The notes under the pieces were generated by a model. That model was not told the DNA's origin. It saw only the letters and a list, made by a program, of their open reading frames with translations, and did not search any database. Below, one piece after another: positions 20,701-33,680 of a stretch of DNA of 64,000 nucleotides. Every line of letters starts with the position of its first letter. Position 1 is the first letter of the stretch. The translations under genes and the position numbers were made by a program. Source of the stretch: Macrostomum lignano (taxonomy: Eukaryota); NCBI GenBank assembly GCA_002269645.1, contig NIVC01000884.1:124001-188000 (forward strand), given 5' to 3'.

Positions 20701-22316
20701 GGGGCACTTTAAAAACCAAAAAATTATCGCGAATTCTCAAAACCTCACAATAACTTGTTTACGCCTTCACAAGCGGGGATAGCGCACGAACTGGATGGAA
20801 TTTGGGTCAAAGTAGGGATAAACAGTACAAATATATTGGATGCCAGTGAACAGAGTAGCTCGGCAGATTAGCTCGGCAGAGTAGCTCGGCAGAGTAGCTT
20901 GGTAGAGTAGCTTGGTAGAGTAGCTTGGTAGAGTAACTTGGTAGAGTAGCTTGGTAGAGTAACTTGGTAGAGTAACTCGGTAGAGTAGCTCGGCAGAGTA
21001 GCTTGGTAGAGTAGCTTGGTAGAGTAACTTGGTAGAGTAGCTTGGTAGAGTAACTTGGTAGAGTAGCTCGGTAGAGTAGCTCGGTAGAGTAGCTCGGTAG
21101 AGCAGCTTGGTAGAGTAGCTTGGTACAGTAGCTTGGCAGAGTAGCTTGGCAGAGTAGCTCGGTAGAGTAGCTTGGTAGAGCGTTAGGCCTCTATCCTATC
21201 GCTCTGCAGCAGCAATAAACTTTTTCCGAACAGATGCCCGACTGTCTGCCTGTCTCAAAGTGTGCCGAGGTTCGAGGCTGTTCTGCGTCTTTCAGCAGCG
21301 CCTGACCGACTCGGTAAATTTCAGCCGACCCTGGCCGGACTATGTGAGCGGCTTTGGAGATGAGGACAACTTCTGGATTGGTAAGGATTTTGATGGTCGG
21401 ACTTCCATAGGTTTTCTTGAGGTAGTTCTCGCTGTCTCTGATACATATATTACTGTTGTTTTATTACTATGGTCACTTTGGTCACCACAATACCCGACTT
21501 GAAGGTCGGGGGTTCGATTCCCGATCCCACGGGAACAATTTGTGTCCTTGACTAAGACACAAAGGCCTTGAGCAAGACTTTTAACTCTGCATTTATTCAG
21601 CTCACCCAGCTGTAAAATGGGTGTCAGCATTAGCTGGGGTAATTGAGGACCCCCCAGTCCTTGGACTGAACAGCCGTACGCAGCTGCGGCTGAGCTGTCG
21701 GTTGCAAATCTGCTCATAAGGGCAGGTCTAATCAATTATTTCTGCATTATTATTATTTATTACTATAATGGTCACAATATCCTTGTCACAATGTCGATGT
21801 CAAATTAATTTTGATCACATTGCTCTTGTGACACTATCTCAGCCATAGCTCGTATTTCCGCACTGGTTTTCAGGTCTCGAACTGCTCAGCCTGATAACAT
21901 CTCTGTCCAACAGTACTCTAAGAGCCGAACTCTTTGACTGGTCCGACGCCATGTTCTCGGCCGAGTATTTGGGATTCGTCGTGAAGAACGCCAGCACGCA
22001 GTACACAATGGACTATGCCGGATTTCTCAGCGCCAATTCGAACGTCACCGGAGATTCTCTGTCACTCTGCAGAGGCGAAAAGTTCTCAACAATGGACAGG
22101 GACAATGACAATTTCGGCGGATCCTGCAGCCTCATCTATCACGGCGCCGCCGGCTGGTGGTTTCGCGGCTGCTCTAACGTTAACCCGAACGGCTGGATGA
22201 CCTCGGGCCAGGTTGACAACTTTCCCAAGGCCGTGCACTGGTATAGTGTGCATGGCAACAAGAATTCTCTGAAGGCTGTCAGGCTGTTGGTTCAACTGCC
22301 TACAGAGGGACCCTGA
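17740..22316 (+). CDS. Secreted PAN/apple + fibrinogen-C (FReD) lectin-like protein, paralogue 1 (intact), 4 exons
   Basis: Exons 17740-17839 (signal peptide MSAAGWPCWILLTALLHAG), 19164-19388 (PAN-like CSILC..C..F..C.L), 21234-21380 (VFQQR..W.DY..GFG..FWIG) and 21874-22316 (FSTMDRDND, GWWF.GC...NPNG). All introns are phase 1 with GT-AG borders. Confidence 0.88.
18248..18899. mobile_element. Non-autonomous Tc1/mariner-IS630-like element with about 140-bp TIRs
   Basis: 18248-18387 is the reverse complement of about 18760-18899, with TA on both flanks. The minus-strand interior reads LKREVEAALHVITQEKCQQWTNHTVGYYGRCL, resembling DDE_3 transposase C-termini. Confidence 0.7.
19405..19740. repeat. 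19-bp minisatellite (GGACACCCTCTGGGTTCAT)
   Basis: Tandem units in lectin intron 2; same family as 750-1477. Confidence 0.95.
20143..20293. repeat. GC-rich dispersed repeat, copy 1
   Basis: Reverse-complement homologue at 31264-31419. Confidence 0.8.
20850..21180. repeat. 13-bp minisatellite (AGAGTAGCTTGGT)
   Basis: Tandem units. Confidence 0.95.
21490..21735 (+). mobile_element. SINE family B with CORE/Meta-like central domain
   Basis: B box GGTTCGATTCC at about 21511, then CCTTGAGCAAGACTTTTAAC...CTCACCCAGCTGTAAAATGGGT, matching the conserved central domain of CORE/Meta-type SINEs as I recall it. Confidence 0.65.
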
Positions 22317-22555
22317 GCAGGTGGACGCTCGGCTGATGTGCACGGATACAGCTGGCTTAACTTTGAAGTACAAACAACTGAATACGGAAAACTCTATGAA
22401 ATACAACAACAACAAAATTGAATCTAAAATTGAATTCAAAAGTACAATACAGGCAATATATATCCTGCTTAAATAAAGCCTCACAAATTCTAGCATCCCA
22501 GGCGGTCGAAAAATACTTGCTTGCCAGTCATTTTTATTGCACTGTCCAGTTATTC

Positions 22556-24486
<1,931 letters not shown>

Positions 24487-25281
24487 AAGGATGCAGAGAA
24501 GTCAGTATGTTTGAAATTGATGCAACAAAATTGTTTTGAGGATCTGTTTAAAAAATTAAGTCTCAGCGCCGATGTTTATGACATAGACTTTTAGGTTGAA
24601 ATTTCCCATAAAAACAGCTTTTTCTGTCTACCCAGAGATTTTATTCCGGTCGCAAAATGTTTTTAGCTCTGTCCCGAAGTTTGAAAGACAAGCATTGTTT
24701 GCAGTCATTGTTAAGCTACTTGCAAAAATAAAGTTTTTTATGCAAATCTTTTTAGTGCATGGGGACCAACCTAATGCATTCAAAGTCGAAAGCAATCAAA
24801 ATAGGGTTGGGGAAAATGAGGACAAATTTGTTTTGTATGCCGAGTTAGCGATCTGTAACGCCTTAAATGGACGTCCAGGTACATTTTAAAGCACTTGGGT
24901 ATCTTCCTGTAATTCGGGTATCTTTAGGTATCCACATCCAGGCATCTCTATGTATCCAGGTATCTTTAGGTATCCAGGTATCTTTAGGTATCTTTAGGTA
25001 TCTAGGTACCTTTACTGGTGGGTATCCAGGTACATGTGTACCTTTACGCATCCACGTACCTTACAGTATCTAAGACATGTTGTGGCAGTTCGTGTTAGAA
25101 ATACCCTTAAAAAACTGATTTAGTTAAATACAATCAATGTTTCACTTAAGTCTACTACTGGCAGTAGGGTGTAAGAAATTGAAAATCCTGTTGTTCCTCT
25201 GAGACGAGAGTATTTAAGGAGGTAAATTGACGCATTTGCTTCTCATGGGAAGAGCAGTTTAAGAGCACAACTGACCAAGCC

Positions 25282-26062
25282 ATGAAACTCAGCCAGCATC
25301 TTGCAGCTCTGGCTATTCTACTCAACCTGGCTCACCTTGGTTCGGCCATTCAACCCATCACGGAATCTGATGCTAGTCCTAGCAACGTAAGTTTCATCGA
25401 TTTCAACCTGACGACTATTTTTTAGAACCTTAGACCTTCCACACCCCAGTCAACAGTGTCAGACATAAAGATCTACATCTAAATCTAAATCGTTTTCGTA
25501 GAATATGGATGTTGAATAGTCCGCAGTGAGCTTGTCTTTAGTTCCCCCATGTACTTACGAAATACTCGTAATTGAAGACTTCCCAAGCCAGTAGAGCATC
25601 TGATTTATTTCACAGCGGGCCTTTACTTACAAATGACACGGTTAAAGAACTTTTCAAAAGCCATGCTTCCTTAACTGCTGTGGGGTTCTGCTGCTTGTCA
25701 CTCGTCCAATTCATCCGCTTTAGCCGAGCAATCCTCAGGTTGACGGTGCCGCAAAACTTCTGACCCGGATGAAGTCAGTTGCACTGCGACTCGGCGATGC
25801 TGAACGCAAGATGCACCTGGCTGCGGAAGCTCTCCACAGAGTCACTTCCGGTGACAAGCTAAAAGTGACGCCGCCGAAGCCACAACTCCAGGAGCCGCTA
25901 AAGAGGCAGCACAACCGTTTGTACACGCAGCCAAGCCGGCTTGAACTGTCCCGCCAGCTGGACGCCGAAGTCAGCGCAGCCAAGCTGCCTGGCGGGGACG
26001 CGGCCTGTCTGTTCCATCCGATCTCCTGCTACGGCAGGCCCATGGAGCTGCATGCGAACTAA
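25282..26062 (+). CDS. Secreted neuropeptide precursor with allatostatin-C/somatostatin-like C-terminal peptide, 2 exons
   Basis: Exon 1 25282-25386 encodes a signal peptide (MKLSQHLAALAILLNLAHLGSA) and ends at a GTAAG donor, phase 0. Exon 2 runs from 25724 (or 25739) to 26062. It has a KR site and the C-terminal CLFHPISCY-G-R. Confidence 0.78.
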
Positions 26063-26329
26063 GCGGAACTGCAGGGGTTGCCCTGCTCACAATTAAGATT
26101 CAACTGTAGTGGAAGTACTTGAGTCTCGATAAATCTAAATAAAGTTTTCACTGACTCGCTCGTAAATTAGCGAGATTGGATATTTTAGTTAGTTTATTAA
26201 CCATAAACAGCCTCAATCGTTAATTAATCCACACACAATTCAAAAAAGCATAAAAACTTGCGGGCTTGTCGGTTATCACCGACACAGAGTAAATGAGGAG
26301 TAGCATTTCTAGAGAGAGAAAATATATAA

Positions 26330-27242
26330 GCACTCAGACAGCAGAGTTCAAGCACTGAGACAGGAGAGCTCAGGCACTGAGACAGGAGAGCTCAGGCACT
26401 GAGACATCAGAGCTCAGGCACTGAGACATCAGAGCTCAGGCACTGAGACAGCAGAGCTCAGGCACTGAGACATCAAAGCTCAGGCACTGAGACATCAGAG
26501 CTCAGGCACTGAGACAGCAGAGCTCAGGCACTGAGATAGCAGAGCTCAGGCTCTGAGATAGCAGAGCTCAGGCTCTGAGATAGCAGAGCTCAGGCACTGA
26601 GACAGGAGAGCTCAGGCACTGAGACATCAAAGCTCAGGCACTGAGACATCAGAGCTCAGGCACTGAGACAGCAGAGCTCAGGCTCTGAGATAGCAGAGCT
26701 CAGGCTCTGAGATAGCAGAGCTCAGGCACTGAGACAGGAGAGCTCAGGCACTGAGACATCAAAGCTCAGGCACTGAGACATCAGAGCTCAGGCACTGAGA
26801 CATCAGAGCTCAGGCACTGAGACATCAGAGCTTAGGCACTGAGATAGCAGAGCTCAGGCTCTGAGATAGCAGAGCTCAGGCTCTGAGACAGGAGAGCTCA
26901 GGCACTGAGACAGGAGAGCTCAGGCACTGAGATAGCAGAGCTCAGGCTCTGAGATAGCAGAGCTCAGGCTCTGAGACAGGAGAGCTCAGGCACTGAGACA
27001 TCAGAGCTCAGGCACTGAGACAGGAGAGCTCAGGCACTGAGACAGGAGAGCTCATGCACTGAGACAGGAGAGCTCAGGCACTGAGACAGGAGAGCTCAGG
27101 CACTGAGACAGGAGAGCTCATGCACTGAGACAGGAGAGCTCAGGCACTGAGACATCAGGGCTCAGGCACTGAGACATCAGAGCTCAGGCACTGAGACATC
27201 AGAGCTCAGGCACTGAGATAGCAGAGCTCAGGCTCTCAGACA
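26330..27242. repeat. 22-bp minisatellite (CTCAGGCACTGAGACAGGAGAG)
   Basis: Tandem units with an internal CTCAG-nnn-CTGAG palindrome. Confidence 0.95.
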
Positions 27243-27694
27243 GGACAGCTGTTGTCTCACTGACTACCTCACCAGCTCATCTCACCCAGAGATTCTCTAT
27301 CTGGCGGATGTGAGAATTTCACCCGATTAGAAATTTGGCACATTACCAAAAATGGATTTCTGAAATAGCTTAAAAAGGAAAAAATCCCTCCAAAGCAAAC
27401 GGCTTTTTGTGGAGCTTGGGAAGATGGCTTATCCTTAAGAATTTAAGGCTCAAATATTGCGAAATCGCTTTACTGGAATCTTGTTACTTCTTTAAAGATC
27501 TGTGTAAATGGAGAAAATTGAATTTTCGAAAAAATATTTAATCCCGAATTTGGTTTAAACAATTTCCAAGTCCATGCTTTCTCAAGTATATAAGTGTCTT
27601 TCATTGGTCCGCCTGTCTTAGTAGCCTGGAGCTGCCCTTCTTTGTATGCACCTGTGATAGAAACCTGTGAGAATATACTGCTTAACATAGGGAG

Positions 27695-28155
27695 AAGGTT
27701 GAGGGAGGGAGAGATAGAGAGGGGGACGATAGAGAGAGGGAAAGGATAGAGAGAGGGAGAGGATAGAGAGAGGGAGAGGATAGAGAGGGAGAGAGGATAG
27801 AGAGAGGGAGAGGATAGAGAGGGAGAGAGGATAGAGAGAGGGAGAGGATAGAGAGGGAGAGGATAGAGAGGGAGAGAGGATAGAGAGGGAGAGGATAGAG
27901 AGGGAGAGGATAGAGAGGGAGAGGATAGAGAGGGAGAGAGGATAGAGAGGGAGAGAGGATAGAGAGAGAGAGACGATAGAGAGAGGGAGACGATAGAGAG
28001 AGGGAGACGATAGAGAGAGAGAGACGATAGAGAGAGGGAGACGATAGAGAGAGGGAGTGGACAGAGAGAGGGAGAGGATAGAGAGAGGGAGAGGATAGAG
28101 AGGGAGAGAGGATAGAGAGGGAGAGAGGATAGAGAGAGGGAGAGGATAGAGAGAG
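27695..28155. repeat. GA-rich (GAGAGGATAGAGAG) low-complexity array, continuing at 30372-30472
   Basis: The same repeat lies on both sides of the 28156-30371 insertion. Confidence 0.9.
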
Positions 28156-30371
28156 TGATGTAACCACGCTCTGGTCGCGGGATAGGGCATGGGAACTTTT
28201 TCGAAAGTGCCTCCTATCCCGTGCACCCTCTGCACAGAGCTGTCAAGACTCGGCCAGGTCTCCGACCGGGCCTGGAGACTCCCGCTCTGCTGCACCCCTC
28301 CTGCTGCCTTGGTCCCGTCTCCCCTGCCGCCACACCTGCCTTTCCGGAGCCCCCTACCCCTTTCTGTACCTCCCCCTCTACCCTATCTCTTCTGTTTTCC
28401 GCCCTATTCTTCCTGTACTTTCCCTATCTCCCCTCTTTTTGTCTCCCTCTGCACTCTTTTCCTGCGCTGCCCCCCCCCTCTTTCTCTGTGTCTACTTACA
28501 GTATGTTGTGTGCTCACCGTCTCCCCATACCCTCTCAAACTCCCAAACGGTGACGCAAGTCGTGTGACCCCCTCTCCCCCTCGGTGACTCATCGATGACT
28601 CATCCCCCCTCTTGCGCAACCTTTTCTCACGCCATTGTTCTCCTCCCCAAATTTCTCATGCGACACCCACCCCACCTCCGCTTCTATTGTTCTCGTTTTT
28701 GTTTCTTTTGTTCTCTCGAACCCCACCAATTATCACATTTTCTCCGATTTTCTCTTTCTTTTGTTCTCGTTTTCGCACCTAATTATCACCTTTTCCCCAA
28801 TGTTTACTTTTCCATTGTTCTCAGTTCTCCCCAATTATCCCCGTTTTCCAATTCCTTTGTTCTCGACCCCAGCCCTATTGTTCTCAATGTTTGCTTGCGC
28901 AATACTTTCGCGACCACCCGCTGCGCCAATTATCCCCCCACCCCACCTCCGGATTGCGCAATTTCCCGATTTCTCATGTTGCTATGCCGGTCTCATGCTT
29001 CTCATCATGACTCATTCTGACGTCATTCTGCCGGCAGCCAATCAGAGAGAGGGAGCCATGGTAACGACCTTGAGGAGGCGGCTGTGAGGTCTATAAAAGG
29101 AAGCGATTTCGGCATGAGAATCCTCAGACTCTTCCTCTCCTCGTCCTTCTTTGGACTTGCTGTCAGATTGAGTTCTGACCCATTCATCTCTTAGACGAAT
29201 CCCTGCCGGTCCGCGGTCTGTTACCGCCAAGTTATCCTTAGCTCCCCAAGTGAGCTCGCCTATCGGCCAGCGGTCTGATACCGCCCAGCATCATCAGCAT
29301 CGCTTGATCTACATCAGCGCCTCGTCGCTCCAGCGCATCGCCGCTTCACTGTCTGCCTGACTGCAGCCTACAGCCGCCCTCGGTCACTCCGCCTCTCTCT
29401 CTCTCTGTGCAGCTGCCGGTAAGTTCCTGTTACTAATTTGTGCTCTAATTGCCTTTGCTTATCCGGGGTTTGCCTATTTTCCATTGTCTGATTAGAGAGC
29501 TGAGCCAATTGTGATACCGTAAATTTTTGCTGTATTTTACTCAATAGTGAAGCCGCCTAATTGCCTGATTATTTGCCTAAGGTCCTAATTATTAACTATT
29601 AACTAACCTCATCATTATTCAATCTTTCACCATCATTTAACTCATGGCTTGCTAAGCCTTTCTCCCGGGGTGGCAAAGCATAAGGAAGTTTGGGTAAGCT
29701 AATGGCCTCTCCCCGTGCAAAGCCCGCCTGTGTGAGTGCGTGCGGCGGGTTCGGGAGTGCGTGCAGTGGAGGGTGATTAGCGAGTTTTGGCACAGAATGG
29801 CAGTAGGAAGGTTGCAACCCCATGCTAACGCATCCCTTCGCCCTGAGCAATCTAAACTAGAGACAGTACATGTTCGCCTCATACTACTCTTAGTAATCAA
29901 AGTCGCAAGTCAGCCTCGCTCACAGCCACAAAGGATCCCCTGCTGAGAAATCCTCCAGGATTGAGCCCAGAGTTCCCGATCATGCCCCAAGCAGAGTCCC
30001 TGTACTCGGCTGCATGCGTCTCCCCTGTTAGCCTAAATCCCCTGGTAACCAATCCAGGCGGGGCTCTAGCCTCGAGAGGTCTGGTAGAAAGATCCAGGTG
30101 CGCCAGGTCACATAGAGTGGTGGCAGCCACTCGGTCATACCATGACCGAGTGACCAACTATTGCACCTTGGCTACAGGTGGGGTCCATGTGGGTCCTTGG
30201 CCCTCTGGTCACGAAGCGCTACCAAAGCTACTAATCATGTGGGCGGGACAGTCTGGTGCTGGAGGTCCGTCAGGTCATTGCCCGGTCATAGGCAGCCTAC
30301 GGTCATTGCCCCCTCTAGCCAAGCGTTCGTCTCTCAATAGGAGCGGACAGGCGACAAGGGCGGTTACATCA
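28156..30371 (+). mobile_element. Probable 2.2-kb solo LTR (Gypsy-type) inserted in a GA repeat
   Basis: Termini TGATGTAACC and GGTTACATCA form a perfect 10-bp inverted repeat, with AGAG on both flanks (possible 4-bp TSD). Internal CCAAT and TATA boxes; no convincing ORF. Confidence 0.6.
29008..29098 (+). promoter_or_regulatory. Pol II promoter module in the putative LTR
   Basis: TGACTCA 29008-29014, TGACGTCA 29018-29025, CCAAT 29038-29042, CCATGGTAAC about 29056-29065, TATAAAA 29092-29098. Confidence 0.6.
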
Positions 30372-31263
30372 AGAGGGAGAGGATATAGAGGGAGTGGACA
30401 GAGAGAGGGAGAGGATAGAGAGAGGGAGAGGGTAGAGTGAGGGTGTGGACAGAGAGAGGGAGAGGATAGAGATCGCATGAGATATCTATAAACGAATATA
30501 TAAAGCGAATAAATAAAAAACGAAGAAAAAAGAAACGAAGAATCGAGACAGATACCAGGAGAGTGAATCGAGCCAATCGTCCCTTTGACTCAAACGCCTG
30601 ATTCACGCCTACGTAAAACAAGACTTTAAGCATACTTTATACTTTGAGGTGGCATTAAAGCGGAATGCAACACTGGCTACTACAAGTAGTCAGGGCTTTT
30701 GTTTGCATATTCTTATTGAACCAAAACTCATTGACAGACAAAAACTTGCGGGCAAGCAGCGCAATCTGCAAGCTACTTCTATGAAGTAATGCAGCCACCA
30801 CGAGCGATTCATGGCACCAAATTGGTGTTTTACCTGGTAATGTGATTTGGACCAGGGGTCCAGGGTAGTTCAGTGCACATGTAACTCCTGGGCTCGTCTC
30901 CTGTGCACGAAAAGTTCTATAGAGGGATCCGACAGCGAAAGCGCCGCTCTGATTGCATCGCTTCAATCTTGGGACAAAGGACTTAGTCGGCCTTATTGTC
31001 GGATTAGTCGGACTTAGCCTTATTGAAGCGGCACCCAGAGGAAAGTCACAGGCTCGTGCTAATGAATAGCTTCTAAAACAACTTACCTGTCTTCTGTCGG
31101 CTGAACTCTACAACAGCAAAATTCAACATGCAGTGTTCATCATCAGAAAGTATTCGATTCACTTTTCGAAGCACTACGCCGTTAGCTCCGTTGGCGATAC
31201 ATTAACGTGGACCTCTGACGTTTTCAGGCCCGAGAATCTCTGCCAGCTCGTCCACTACGTCCA

Positions 31264-31419
31264 CTACCGGGCGAGCGACCATCCACCTGCTGGACTCTCC
31301 GGAGGGGGACCGCGCTGCGGACGCCGGCTCCACCGGATCTCCCGCGCGACACCGCAGCACCAGCTGCCCGTGGTCTCCAGGGGTTGGCGGAATGGGCGCC
31401 AACACCTCCCCGCTGTATC
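31264..31419. repeat. GC-rich dispersed repeat, copy 2
   Basis: Reverse complement of 20143-20293 with substitutions and a loop indel. Confidence 0.8.
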
Positions 31420-32124
31420 CGGACGCCCGGAACCCCCGAACCGTCGATGAAAGGCACCGAAGTTCAATGCTAACAAGCAGCAACTGGCCTATAAGCGGCG
31501 TTTCTTTGATGCTTGAAAAGCCGTAGACAAATAATCGGAGGCTTTTGTGAGCCATTGATTTGCTATAGAGCGCCCACCCCATTTTTCCGGCTCCGTACGT
31601 CAGCCGGCTTTCTCTCTCTAACTCTCGCCCCCTTATCTGTACTCGTAGTAAGCAAAGTGTACATTTACGACCACCACCCCACGCAATGCAGTAGCCGACT
31701 AAATATTAAATAAATAACATCGTCTCGCCCACTGTGGCTTTCGTACTTCTTCGTGCAACTGCCAAATCATGCATTAAACCCTTACAGCTTTGAATGCAGA
31801 GCTTCATCAGAGCGACGGGGGAGACTATGAAAGACGAATGATGAGAGAATTCAGGCGCTGCAGCAACGGATGGCATCCACTATTGTTATCATTTTGTAAT
31901 TCATACCGTGTATAAATAGGCTTTCGGATTCGGCTGCCGTCCGCTGCTGGCTAAGTGTAGCTCCCGGCAAGCCATGACTGAATTAAAGCAACTTTTACCA
32001 TTTGTAATCCTGACGTTAATGTTAGCGGTCAATGCTGATGGACGTGAGCAATTACCTTTTAAATTTTTTTGCGACCAACCAGAAACGCCATTCTCATCGC
32101 ACACTCACTGAACTCAAATTTTAG

Positions 32125-33680
32125 TGGCTTTAGAGTTCTAACTCAAATCGAGTTCACCAAACCTTGTCACCGAGTTCGCCCAGGTGACCAGATCGGTTGC
32201 CAGCAGCAAGATTCACTGCGCCGCTTTGTGCAGCAGCCGCAGCTACTGTCGGACATTCAGCTACTCACCGGACAGCTCCGAGTGCCGGATGTCAAACCAG
32301 AACGGAGGCCTCGCCAGCTTTGGTCTACCTGAGTACAGCCTCGGTCATAGGAGGCGCGCAAGCGAAGCAAGTGAGCAGCTAATTAACTTGGAAGAGAACA
32401 ATTCATCAGTTTTCAGGACTGTCAACATGGATCGATCTGTATGCAGATATAACAGCAACAGTGTTAATTTTAAGATGGGTCTCGAGCGCACAAACGCACA
32501 CAAAGACGAACATATCTGTTCTGACTTTTCAGCTTCAGGTGGTAAATACACTCAGTGCATTTTTAGTGGCAGCTGGCTGTGTGCACCCTGGCGCATTTTA
32601 TGCGACATTGTCACACAACCGGCGAGAGGCATTTCTGCCCATTCCACCGACTCCCCTGAGCAGGCACACAAGCGCGCGGATACGTAAGCAGTCATACGCA
32701 CAGGCACACACTCACACAGGAGTGTACAGCGGCCCTAACTTTATTTATAGTTAGGCATGTACACTTCACTGTGTCTTGAGGGGGGTGGTGGCCCTCAAGG
32801 GCGTTAATTTCACGAGCAGAGCCAAGCCGAGATTCCAATTCAGTCCCAAATTAATGTGACTGCACTGGGAATCGAGCCTGGGCCAACAGTAAGCCTCACG
32901 AGCGCAAACGTCCTGGAGAGTGATAAAAGTATCCAAAAAAGAGAAAATCCAACCATTCAATGGACACACATAACACCTCCACAGACACCGGATCTCAGTG
33001 CAAGCGTAACATAGTGACCATGACTGACGGTCGACAGTTCTGCCCCATCCAGCAGCGGGTGAGCGACACCAGCTTCGAGCAGTCGTGGAGTGCGTACGAG
33101 ACCGGTTTGGGCGACGATTTAAACTACTTGGTGAGTCGTCCATTTTAAGCTTCAACTCTTAGAGTATTGACATTGTTTCGTTTACTAATAAAAAGTGATG
33201 GAATTAATTGTGATTTTTACCAATCGGCAGGCCTAGAAGCGATTCACCAGCTCAGCTCGGCTGTCGCCAACGGAGTCACTCTTCTCGTCCAAGTTGTGAC
33301 CTGGGAGGACGACGAGCTGCAGTATCAGGAGTACTCGAACTTTCTCGTCCAAAACGCCAGCACAAACTACTCGTACGTCATGACTGTCGGGCCCGTTGAT
33401 TCGGCGAAATCGAACGCTAAGGAAAGTAAACTAAGCCTTAGCAACGGAGGTATGTTCTCAACTACGGATCGGGATAACGATATGCTTACAGCCTCCTGTT
33501 CGAATAAATATCACGGAAGAAGCGGCTGGTGGTTCCGAGGCTGCACCCTGTTCAATCCGAACGGAGTGTACTCTCGCTGTACCGGCGGTTGGTCACGGGG
33601 AGCACAGGTGGATGAGCTGGAAACGCTCCAGCGTTTGGAAGTCGCTGAAGGCGACGCGTCTGCTGCTTCTGATCGCCTGA
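32125..33680 (+). pseudogene. PAN-FReD paralogue 2, pseudogene
   Basis: Exons 32125-32370, 32985-33130 and 33231-33680. TAA at 32139-32141 where paralogue 3 has CTA. Exon 3 is 146 nt versus 150 nt (YWIG becomes YL). A further frameshift lies before the terminal WMSWK..SLKATRLLL. First exon not identified. Confidence 0.8.
32575..32885 (-). mobile_element. SINE family A copy in intron of paralogue 2
   Basis: Homologous to 12311-12635; retains the B-box part of the head. Confidence 0.8.

Noticed and set aside
30640-31130. Possible minus-strand gene starting MLNFAVVEF with a GTAAGT donor at about 31086
   Set aside because: No convincing downstream exon or recognisable domain.
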